DNA from: Octopus vulgaris | Lineage: Eukaryota | Assembly: GCA_951406725.2 (NCBI GenBank) | Contig: OX597824.1 | Coordinates: 98,890,001 to 98,954,000 of the forward strand | Length of the DNA stretch: 64,000 nucleotides | Direction of reading: 5' to 3' | In this document: one piece after another, positions 24,544 to 35,551 of the stretch | Layout of the letters: every line of letters starts with the position of its first letter | How positions within the stretch are numbered: the first letter of the stretch is position 1 | Program-made: the position numbers and the translations under genes | The notes under the pieces: model-generated | Database searches by the model: none | The model's input: only the letters and a program-made list of their open reading frames with translations | Told to the model about the DNA's origin: nothing

Positions 24544-25784
24544 GTAACTACTGTCACATTTACTCCCCACCAGCTTTTAATTACCTTTTGAATACCATCG
24601 TCTCTTCTCTCCACCTAAAATATTTCTCGGTTACTTGATAATCTCAATCACATTTCTCCCAATCTCACCTGGCGGTAACATATTATGGTCAATGAAAGCC
24701 TCACATTTCATTACAGGGCATTCCTGTAGAAAAGCGTCAGAAATTATTTCATTGATCGCCAAACCTTAATTTTTCTGCTTTTTTTTTGTTTTTGTTTTTT
24801 TTCTGGACGTTTATATTTTAAGCATCTTAAATTAGGATTCTGAGTTGGAGGGGGCCCCGCTTCTGTTTTTGCAATTTCGAAAAATGTTTTCAGATTTAAA
24901 ACCCATGATCAGAGGTGTTCCAGACATGACCATCCCATTTGATATTGTGTATCTAGGCTTATTCCAAAGTATACTTTGACAATAGGCTATACTTGGATGG
25001 TTATTCGAGTGTTATTTCTAGCAGTTTATAAAGAACAAATTTTGATCGCTTTAATTCAAGTGTCTAGAAAATATTACAAGGAAACTCATTTAACAAAACT
25101 TTGTATGAATATGTCGTTAGAAGAAGAAAACAGGAAAAGTATTTTGTAAACAGTGGTTTCTGGCATAAGTAAAGAATATGTACACCACCTATTTTCGGCG
25201 TAACAAAAACTCTAACCCTGATACTAACCCAAAACCTAAACACCGGGTGTGCGTATTCTTTATTTTCGCTGTAGTTACCGTAGTATGTGTTGCTATGGGT
25301 GTTTTAAATGAAAGATTCTGTTAACAGTGGCCATTCCCCTATTTTATTTCATCAGTCTACGATGTATCAAGTACGGATACAATGTGGTTACCCAGAGGTC
25401 ACTGTTTCTGGGAAGTGGCTTACTGCATGGTCCCATGTGTCAAGGACTTCACCCAATCACACAGTTCCCTTTCGACCTCAAGTTCCTTACATGGGAAGCA
25501 TGACTTTCCAGACTTTGTTGTCGTATTGTTTGTTGTAAAAGGGGCTCTAATAACGGTTCAAGTTTCAGGGACCCAAAATTGTAGGTCGACCACTGATGTA
25601 GTGAAGGTAAAAAGGCTGAAAGATAACCAAGGGTTGTCGAGGTAGGCAAGAGGAGGTAACCTGAGAGATAGTGTGCTGGGCAAGTTTAATGAATGAGATG
25701 GGGACAGTCTACGAGTGCTGAAGAGCCTGGAATCACAGAGGTGGAGAGATGATCGAGAGGATATATTGTGAGGGGGAAGGACCG

Positions 25785-26250
25785 TCGTTCGTCGTCGTCG
25801 TTTAACGTCCGCTCTCCATACTGGCATGGGTTGGACGGTTTAACTGAGGACTGGCGAGCCAGAAGGCTGCACCAGGCTCTAATCTGTTCTGGCAGAGTTT
25901 CTACAGCTGGATGCCCTTCCTAACACCAACCACTCCGAGAGTGTAGTGGGTGCTTTTACGTGCCACCAGCAAGAGGGCCAGTCAGGCGGTTCTGGCAATG
26001 ACCATGCTCAAAAGGTATTTTTTTCCATGCTACCTGCACAGGAACCAGTCCGGAGGCACTGGCAACGACCACCCTCGAATGTTGCTTTTTACATGCCACT
26101 GGCACAGGGAGTCAGTCCGGCGGCACTGGCAACGACCACCCTCGAATGTTGCTTTTTACATGCCACTGGCACAGGGAGTCAGTCCGGCGGCACTGGCAAC
26201 GACCACCCTCGAATGTTGCTTTTCACGTGTCACTGGCACATGTGCCAGTA
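25785..26250 (-). mobile_element. RTE 3'-UTR-derived element with three 67-bp tandem units
   Basis: Reverse complement of the RTE 3' end. Units start at 26055, 26122 and 26189. Confidence 0.85.
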
Positions 26251-26629
26251 AAAAGAAGTATATTAGTAATCGAAAATTAGATGAATAAATAGAAAAACTG
26301 AAGTAAAAAATGTGGTGTTTTGGAAAATAAGGTGGGAAAATAAGGTGGGCTTGGCAGGGAACGCGCGCGCGTGTGTGCATGCTTATAATATAGGCACATA
26401 TATCACAACTTGTTAAAGCCAACCGTTGCCTTTAAAGTGTGTTTTGTGAGGGGTGAAGAGAGAACTTCAATTGTAAAGTGTATTGTTAGTGAGTTTGGTC
26501 TTTTGTTATTTCCATAAAATGGAAATAACAAGTCTTCTTTGGTCTCTCTCTTCACAGATTCCATTAAGTTGGAGTGCTCGGAAATTCTTTGTAGAAAATT
26601 CTTAATTTTGGGGTCATATGAAAAGTAGG

Positions 26630-27135
26630 TATTTTGAATGATATTTTGCCGCGTGAAAACATTGGAAGTGTTTCATCAAAGATGTCTTCGATGTATCCTG
26701 AACTTCGGCTGAGAAGACAGAACAACAACCATCAGCATCTTGAAAGCAGTGAAAACAACAAGCATTGAAGCTCACCTCATCGTCAACTGAGATGGAGTGG
26801 ACATGTTGTTTGAATGCCTGATGACCATTTACCAAAGCTGAAAGGAGGAGGACAGAAGAAGGGATCTGTTGAGGGGCCAGTCTGAAAATCGACTTCAACA
26901 ACTGGGAAGAAAATGCAAATTGACCAAAACCTCTGGAGACCCATCGTCCATGAAGGAACAACTATATTCGAGACAAAGAGATGTGAAGAACTGGAAGAAA
27001 AGCGAAGGAGGAGGAATGAGATGCAGCTCCAATCCAGAGTAGACCTCCTCCAATGAACAACTTGTCCAACTTTCAGAAGATCCTTCAAAGCCCGACTTGG
27101 ACTGTTCAGCCACCTTCGAGTGCACCGACAACCCA
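26630..27135 (+). mobile_element. RTE (BovB-like lineage) LINE 3' fragment
   Basis: LEVFHQRCLRCILN, QLRWSGHVV*MPDDHLPK, LWRPIVHEG and a terminal CPTFRRSFKARLGLFSHLRVH zinc-finger-like motif. Confidence 0.85.
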
Positions 27136-27435
27136 ACATGGACAAGAATGAAGACCATCACCCTCTGAAGAAAGAGGGAGAGCCACAATGGCGATTTTGA
27201 ATGAAACATAAGACAGAAGTAAGGTTCAAGGGAAAATTTTAAAAGTGCATGCACAAAACGCACGCATGCATAGACGCGCATCTGTGTCAATGTGTGCGTC
27301 AACCAAGGGACATAACTCCTAAACTAATCCCCTGGCCCCTTTTTTGTTCCTCCATGTTTTTCACAGCAGCTACTGACTGGTTGTGCTAATCCACCTCCGA
27401 CACTAGAGAGCAGTTGCAATATTCCCTTCCATATC

Positions 27436-27527
27436 GGCTGACTCTGATGAGCATAAAGTTATACAACTTGTTTGTTATCTAACACTCCATTGTATTCTTT
27501 ATGCGAAACCAATTGGTAAGACCAGCC
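27436..27527 (+). ncRNA. Type I hammerhead ribozyme motif with intact core (Penelope-like minimal type, extended stem II)
   Basis: ggctgact-CTGATGA-gcataaag...ctttatgc-GAAAC-caattg-GTA-agaccagcc. Perfect 8-bp stem II, palindromic stem III ACCAATTGGT, GUA cleavage triplet, and a stem I with an internal loop. Confidence 0.85.
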
Positions 27528-27632
27528 ATGATAGATATTTAATACATTTCAGATAATATACCCATTCTACTGACAAATATACAAGTGCATCTTTTCCCTG
27601 ATTTATGGTCTCTTAGACGACTTACATCTATC

Positions 27633-27664
<32 letters not shown>

Positions 27665-27666
<2 letters not shown>

Positions 27667-29371
27667 TTTTTGTTGTTGAAGGTCTCCCCTTGTGGGTGAA
27701 CCACATTTCTTTCCTGTTTAAAATTACTGTTTGTTCTCACAATTATTTTTTGAACTGTCTTTTTTCTTCCCATTTATGGGAGAAGCAACAAGCAGTGCTG
27801 TACAAGCTGAACCAGCCAAGAGCCACAGTTATGCGGCTGCAACTGGAAAAGGTGTTGAAGTACGAGAAGTGAAAATCGAGCCGGAAAGGTTGAAGGAATG
27901 CAGCAACCTTTTAGAAAAAGAAGGCCACAACCTGAAATTGACCCCTCCACTCGATGTAATATATAGTGTCAAGAGAAAGAGCATAATTTATAAAACTCTG
28001 AAAGTATTGTCAAAGAAAACTGAAATAGAACCAATTGAAGAAATTGAGAAGCATTTACAAGTAATTAAAAGAAAGATGACATTTGTAACAAGAGGAAGAA
28101 AATATGGCACAGTGGAGGTGCGATTCGATAGTGATGTCGAAGCGGTATTGCATTCCACTGATGCCACAAAATTGGAAGAGTGGGTTTTCCTACCAACTTA
28201 CTGTGGCAGAGGAGTTGTCCGAGTGAGGGTAGGAAAAATAGCACTGGAATTAGAGGAGACATGGCTGGTTGCAGCGATATTACACAATATGGAAGATGAT
28301 GCCAGGATACAAAGAGTGACAAGAAGAAGAAAGGTGGACTGGTGGGGTCATGGGGTCGAGATGCCACTTCAGACAACAGATAGGGATATGATCAAAATCC
28401 CAGAAGAAATAATCCTACCAGAAGGTGTGAGGTTGCGAGTAGTGGTGGAGGGCAGGCCTCGCAGATATTGTGTGGCGAGAAAGGCGACATGAAGGCAAGG
28501 TGCCTCCAGAGAGAAGAAAAAGAACAAGAAATAGAAGAGTCGGAGGAGTAGGAGGTACAGGAGGAGGAAGAAGAGGCAGAGGAAGGATTCGAAGTGGTTA
28601 AAAAAAGAAAAAGAAAAGGCTCTCCGCTGGAGAAGAAAAAAGAAACAAAGGAGATAGAGAGAGAGGTGGAAAAGGAGGTTGAGAAAGAAGTTATGGAGGA
28701 GGAACAGATGGAAACAGGCAGACTGGAGGGTTGTGTAAGCCATGAGGTGGAGCAGCAGCAAGAGGAAGAAGGGACAGCAACAGAAATGGGTCGAGTGATG
28801 CCAAGAGCAGAACTCGGTGAGCGAGAGCGGAGAAAGCAGAATTGGTATTTTGTAAAATATGACAAAAATGTGTTGAGGGCAAAGATGGTTGCGAAGATGA
28901 AATCGGTGATAGGGGTGAAGCTGCGAAAGGACAGTTACGCTAAGAATGTGAAGGGGATTCTAATAGACAAAGAAAGATGGAGCAGGCAGAAAGAAAAATG
29001 CAGATTTGAAGCACCAACTTTCCAGGTAGAGTTCGACGATCTACCATCAGTGGTCAAACGAAATGAATTAAGGTCATTATATAAAAGGAATTCAAAAAAA
29101 GAGAGAGTAACTTGTGTTCATGAAAGAAAAAAACCAAAAAAATAAAACAGATGCAAAGAGACTAAAAACATGGATTATAAAAAGGGAGAGTAAGAACGTT
29201 TAAATGGTACTACATGTGAGTGGGCACATGTAGCCATTTCATCTCCATCAATTTCATTGTATGTATTACCATTTTACATTCGTTTTATGTTTTTGTCCCC
29301 ACTGTGCTGGCCTGTCTGTCTTTGTTCTGTGTCCCCTCTGTGTTAGGCCCTTGTGGCTGTAATAAAAATCT
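27665..29371 (+). mobile_element. ORF1-only (HAL1-like) L1/Tx1-related retroelement inserted in a (TA)n tract
   Basis: ORF from ATG 27776 with SYAAA, an RRM-like region, VVEGRPRR and a frameshifted zinc knuckle (CGEKG[D]MKARC), then an acidic/basic tail to 29145. AATAAA at 29361. (TA)n on both sides and no ORF2. Confidence 0.7.
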
Positions 29372-29413
<42 letters not shown>

Positions 29414-29947
29414 TCTCCAAACAAAAAGGAATTCATGAGGAATTAGTAACCCAAGCAAAATACTTAATCAGCTCCCTGCAGATAAAAATCTACCAGACTA
29501 ACTAAAAACTCTTGTTCTCCTGGGAATCCGAAATCAAAGTGCAGTCACATGTGTAAATCCATGGTTCCACTACCATTTAAGATGCTTTTTATAATGATAC
29601 ATAAAATAGACATAAAATTGGGTTATGTACATTTATTTATTATAGGCTTACAGCTGTTTCAGAGCCATTGCTGGCTCTTACCAGTATTGATCGAGGAAAG
29701 AAATCTGATACCCTAGAAGCTCTTTCTGATCAGTGGCCGGCTGTTGGCGATTACTACTATATTACTGTAATCAGACATGCTAGACATATTTTAAACGGAC
29801 AGGGTATGAATTGAGGGAGATGTCATTGCTATTTCTCGTTGGCCCAATGGCCACATAGGGGTTCCCTCAATTCATTAATATTGCTGTTTCATTATCTCAT
29901 TAACACACTTGCATTAATCATCTGACTGTTTCTCCTTCTACTTTCAG

Positions 29948-30141
29948 AATGACGACTGAAAACTCTGATTTGTACAGGACTAATTCCAAGATGATATTGG
30001 TCACCCGTGATCCAGTTTATACCAACAAAACCATTGTACAGGGCCATTATATTGGACCAAAACCTCACAACTATTTACCTTTGGCTATTTTTGTGACTAT
30101 TATCAACCCCTTACTCGGTCCAATTAGTATAATGCTTTCAG
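29948..30141 (+). CDS. CD225/dispanin-family gene, coding exon 2 (..PKPHNYLPLAIFVTIINPLLGPISIMLS)
   Basis: Acceptor ttctccttctactttcag|, donor G|GTGAAT. Encodes the P-x-x-Y-L motif and first hydrophobic segment typical of CD225 domains. Phase-1 end. Confidence 0.9.
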
Positions 30142-30630
30142 GTGAATATATCTTGATTTCTCATTAATATTTTACATCAAAAATAACAGAATCACTTTGA
30201 AGATTCTCTTTTTTTTCCTTGTTTTGTTGTTGGAATAAGTTTAAAGAACGAGTTTTGGTAAGAAATAGTTAATCTCTCTGTGAAAGTTTGACTGAATGAG
30301 TGTTGTCTGCAGATTCTCAGACATGGAATTTGGAATGGAAAATGTCTTCTGTGGAGTTCTAGGGGAGAATTGGTTGGTTGTTCACTGATGGTGTTGGTGA
30401 TGAAGAAAAATGACTGCTTGGGTGGCAAATGAGAAGAATCAGCTTCCAAGATGTTTCCAGTTTCTGCCAGACAAGCAAGCTGATGCTGGAAGTCAGATAT
30501 AAGAACAACTGACAGAATTCGATCTTAAAACATTGGACTTTGTGGATAAACTAGTAGCACTGTGTTGCCTAGCATTAAGAAACCACTAGGTTTTGAAGGG
30601 TTGACTACTACTACTACTACTGCTGCTGCT

Positions 30631-31157
30631 TTGTTTGTTTGTTGAGCGAAGCAGTCTTCGTCCCAGAGCTCACAAGATCGTGCCTCAGGATTGTCTGTAG
30701 TGGGAGAAGTCCGAAACGTGGTCCTTTGCTATTCGTAAGACCTGTAAGAAGAGAAAGCAGGTCAACCCCTCGACACCAAGAGCATCAACAGATGGATGAA
30801 TGTGCATCCAGGCTCAGCAGTTGCGTAGGGGAGGAGGTACGCCCATCATGCACTGAGGAGTAGTGTTCGAACATGCTTGAGGTAGCTTGCTGTCCTCTCT
30901 CCATTTGTGAAGGCCGCATCTCCCACCGCCCCTGCTTGAAGATTCACCATGATGCAGCCAAGACGACCAGGAGCTGCTGTTTCCTGATGACGACACCTCC
31001 TGGATTTTCACCAGAACCCCGTTGGCCGAGTTGCAGCCCTAATACCACTGGGTGGCAGGCCAATCTGCCTTGGGTGGCCCTACCAGGAACCGAGGTTCCC
31101 GAAGGCATAACCCTGACACACCCGTTCACTGCCCTACCACGATGACTTCTAGGGCAG
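30631..31157 (-). mobile_element. Short non-autonomous RTE-related retroposon with TSD
   Basis: 13-bp direct repeat TACTGCTGCTGCT at 30618-30630 and 31158-31170. The - strand starts with RTE-5'UTR-like tcgtggt...ggtagggccacccaag and ends in (AAAC)n. Confidence 0.7.
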
Positions 31158-31749
31158 TACTGCTGCTGCTGTTACTATTACTACAAGATACATCAATATT
31201 TTGAGGTTATTTGTATGACTTTATCCAAAGCTAGGCATAGGTCATCCAAGAAAAGTGACCCATCCATAGCACATACAGCTTGAACCAGATGTCCTTATGC
31301 ATTCTGAAACTTTGATGTCCTTTGTAATGGCTCTGATTGACTCGCTGGAATTTTTATTGATTATTTCTTGGGCTTTTTGTACAAAGTTGTATGTTCTGAT
31401 GGTATTCGGATCCTGTGGTTACGTGTTGCATTGAGCTGCTGACATTGTTGGATCCCCATCAGCTGATTCCATTCCTTTTTGAATTTCGACTCTGAAGGAT
31501 CGGGCAACTTTCAGCAAGCAAGCTAATTCTGAATCCCTTTGCTGCCCCTTTTAAGGCAACGAGTTCTGCCTGCCTTTTCATTTGCTGAGTCAAAAAAACA
31601 AAGAAGGAAGTTGGCGCTCTCAAAAGAGGTTTCCTCAAAAACTTGATGCACCCTGCACTACAGCTACTACTGTTACTCAGGATTCTTTCTGCTAGTACTC
31701 CGTTTCTTGTTATTTGAGAGCTTTCAGGCAACAAAAAGAATGGAAGGAC

Positions 31750-32250
31750 TTGACTTAGTTTTTCTGGAAAAAAAGTCACAGCAGAAGTCAAGTGTCAATG
31801 TAACGTGCGAAGAAGCACAGCAAATCGAAGTTGGATGTTCTTATGTTCATAACTGTGTTGTGGCTGCTTAAATAACTGCATTTTGAATATCCAATCACAA
31901 AGAAGATTATAGAATTATAAGAAATATCCACACCGCATCCACCAGAATGCAATGGTAGCAACAGAATATCCTAACTATTTGATGGCAAGTTGCTCAGAAA
32001 GATACTATCTGCAAGCACTTAGTGATTGCAAATGGTAAAGTGAAGAGCTCCTTAAGATTAATGGAAAGTACTTTCAAAGCCAGAAACACACAACATACTT
32101 ACCACTTTTGGATCAAAGATAGCAATGTTTCCAGCTCTCCATGCTGTAGACCTCAACATGGAAGAACAGTGGTATTATTTGGAGCATCTTTGCAAACACA
32201 TTCAAATGGTTCTAAGACATTCAATCTTCACACTTGTAGACTTGGGTAAC
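31750..32250 (+). mobile_element. Very decayed LINE (probably RTE) 3' fragment
   Basis: Scattered remnants (CILNIQ; RM..NR..P..LFDGKL) only. Confidence 0.35.
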
Positions 32251-32724
32251 AATCCCATCTGTGCAGATTGTTGACTAAAATGTCCCTTGCAATATCCACA
32301 CAAAAGTAATTCTTTTCTGCACAGATCACTTGAGCAAAACCAGCTCCCTGACACTAGCCGTTCCTATTCTTATACAAATGATGTGCTGACTGATACTTTC
32401 TCTTGAAATCTTTGCTCATCTGCCCTGTTCTGTGTGGTCATACATCCAATCAGCTCCCCCCTCTTCCTTCCTCCTCCTCCTCCTCCTCCAAAATCCATTT
32501 TCTCTGACAGCATGGGGTGGACAGTTTGACAGTATCTGGCAACTCTATGTGTGTGTGTAAGAAAGAGAAATGTTGCATGGTTGTGTGAACATGGAGGTCA
32601 CTTTCTAATCATGACTTCAAGTTTTATCTCGCTTCATGGCAATTGGGATGAGTGCCTTCTCTGCTAGTCTAGGTCTGAGCAATGTCTTGTAAAGAGAATT
32701 GGTATGTGGAAATTATTTGGGCAT

Positions 32725-33899
32725 CCATGCAGAGAACAACTTCTGCCACATTCCAGGGAGAAAAACTACAAGTAGTTGATAGCTTCCGTTACCTTGGTGA
32801 CCAAGTCAGTAGCAGGGGAGGGTGCGCTGAAAGTGTAGCTGCTAGAATAAGAATAGCTTGGGCAAAGTTCAGAGAGCTCTTACCTCTGCTAGTGACAAAG
32901 GGCCTCTCGCTCAGAGTGAAAGGTAGACTGTATGATGCATGTGTACGAACAGCCATGCTACACGGCAGTAAAACATGGGCTGAGACTGCTGAGGACATGT
33001 GTAAGCTCGCAAGGAATGAAGCCAGTATGATCCAATGGATGTGTAATGTCAGTGTGCATACTCGACAGAGTGTAAGTACCTTGAGAGAAAAGTTGGACCT
33101 AAGAAGCATTAGATGTGGTGTCCAAGAGAGACGACTGCGCTGGTATAGTCATGTGGTGAGAATGGTTGAGGACAGCTGTGTGAAAAAGTGCCACATCCTA
33201 GCAGTTGAAGGAACTTGTGGAAGAGGTAGACCCAGGAAGACCTGGAATGAGGTGGTGAAGCACGACCTTCGAACATTGGGTGTCACCGAGGCAATGACCT
33301 TTGGAAATATGCTATGCTTGAGGAGACCTGGCAAGCCAAGTGAGACCATAACCCATGGCCTATGCCAAGAGTGTAGCCAGCCCACTTATGATTACCTCTC
33401 ATTCATTGGATGATAAACTCTGCTTGTGAAGACCTATTGAGGCAAGTGAAATCAAAATCAAATTTGATGACTGGCATCTGTGCTAGTGGAGTGCTAAGAG
33501 CACCATCCGAGTGTGATCGTTGCCAGAGCAGCTGACTGGCTTCCATGCCAGTGGCACGTAAAAAGCACCATTTGAGTGTGATCGTTACCAGTGTTGCCTT
33601 ACTGGCACGTGTAAAAACATTCAAGCGAGATTGTTGCCAGTGCTGCTGGACTGGCTCCTGTACAGGTGGCACATAAAAAACACCTTTTGAGCATGGCTGT
33701 TGCCAGTACCACCTAACTGGCCCTCGTGCCAGTGTCACGTAAAAGCACCCACTTGGCATTAGGAAAGGCATCCAGCTGTAGAAACTTTGCCAGATCAGAT
33801 TGAGCCTAGGGCAGCCATCTGGCTCGCCAGTCCTCAGTCAAACTGTCCAACTCATGCTAGAATGGAAAGCTAACGTTAAACGATGATGATGATGATGAT
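32725..33899 (+). mobile_element. 5'-truncated RTE LINE with complete repetitive 3' UTR and (GAT)n tail
   Basis: GEKLQVVDSFRYLGD...LYDACVRTAMLHGS...RRLRWYSHVVRM...GRGRPRKTW. Ends cgttaaacgatgatgatg. Same family as 6190-8610. Confidence 0.93.
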
Positions 33900-34294
33900 A
33901 TATATATATATATCGAAGGGTGTATGTGTTAGTCCCCCCCCACTTGACAACTGGTGTTGGGGTGTTTACATCCCTGTAACTTAGCTAGTTTTTTTTTTCC
34001 TTTTTAAACCTCGTTCTTATTCTATCAGTGTTTGTTTCCTGAACTGCTAAGTGCCAGGGCCAATTCCTTTGACTAAAATTCCTCAAGGTGGTGCCCCTGC
34101 ATAGGCATGAGAGATGAAGGAAAAAACGATGTGTGTGTGTTCGTATGAAACGTCGGACAGTGATATTGCTCTTGGTTTCTTAATTAATTTGTTGGTTTGC
34201 ATTTTCCCAAACAACTGGAACGAGAATTCTATGGTGCCTGAGTTTAATGTCACAGAAATCTCAATAAATATTTGTCTAACCCATGCTAGAATGG

Positions 34295-34333
<39 letters not shown>

Positions 34334-34387
34334 TATGCCTGTCCTACTGCAAGTGTATAAATGTATGTTTGTTTACACATGTAAACA

Positions 34388-34793
34388 GGCACAGGAGTGG
34401 CTGTGTGGTAAGTAGCTTGCTTACCAACCACATGGTTCTGAGTTCAGTCCCATTGTGTGGCACCTTGGGCAAGTGTCTTCTACTATAGAACCGACCAAAG
34501 CCTTGTGAGTGGATTTGGTTGACGGAAACTGAAAGGAGCCCGTCGTGTGTGTATATATATATATATGTGTGTGTGTGTGTATATGTTTGCGTGTCTGTGT
34601 TTGTCCCCCCCAACATCGCTTGACAACCGATGCTGGTGTGTTTACGTCCCTGTAACTTAGCAGTTCGGCAAAAGAGAGCTATAGAGGTACTAGGCTTACA
34701 AAGAATAAGTCCTGGGGGTCGATTTGCTCGACTAAAGGCAGTGCTCCAGCATGGCCGCAGTCAAATGACTGAAACAAGTAAGAGAGTAAAGAG
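34388..34793 (+). mobile_element. Full-length tRNA-derived SINE about 60 bp upstream of the last dispanin exon
   Basis: Matches the 14095-14503 consensus. Confidence 0.93.
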
Positions 34794-34852
34794 TATGTGT
34801 GATTAATGCAATAATTCTTTTTCTCAGCATCTTCCCTTCTTTTCTTTTCCAG

Positions 34853-35022
34853 TGATGTCAAACCGTGCTTATGCCCAAGGAGACACCAAATATGCCCTCA
34901 AGTGGAGTTTGAACTCATTCTTCTGGAGTGTCATATCCATTGTGGTTGCTATTGTGGTGTATTTAGCCATTGGTTTCTCCCTCAGCAACATCAGAACTCG
35001 TGGTGGCTATATTGGCTATTAA
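34853..35022 (+). CDS. CD225/dispanin-family gene, terminal coding exon (VMSNRAYAQGDTKYALKWS...VISIVVAIVVYLAIGF...GYIGY*)
   Basis: Strong acceptor cttcccttcttttcttttccag|, phase-compatible with exon 2 (G+TG=Val). Encodes the CD225 intracellular-loop motif GD-x-x-x-A and a C-terminal TM helix. TAA at 35020-35022. Total protein 147 aa. Confidence 0.9.
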
Positions 35023-35510
35023 AACAACAACAATAAGGAGGCTAACTCTAATGCCGATGGTCAAAGGATGACCACTTTGTAAGAGTTGCTGCTCTCCTTC
35101 TCTCCCCCCCTCTCTCTTTTTCCTTCCTTCCAGACATCATCAACTAACATCTTTATATATTAAACAGCTTTAAAATTTAAAGAATTATTTTTCTCAGGAT
35201 TTTTACATGATGATGACGATGATAATGGTGATATTCTGATTTAAATGATTTTTACGAATTGTATATAGAAATGTGCGTGTGTATGTATATATACTTTGAT
35301 ACTTTGATAGGTTTTGGCCATTATTGGCCCAGGCCATGTCTAACTTAATAGCACATATATGCATATACATATATATAATATATAGTGTGTGTATATATAT
35401 ATATTACATATACTATATATATGTATATTTAGATAGACAAGTTTCAGCCAGTATTGGCTCAGGCCATGCCTAACTTATTGCACCGCTTGGAAATACTGTA
35501 TATTTAACTA

Positions 35511-35551
<41 letters not shown>

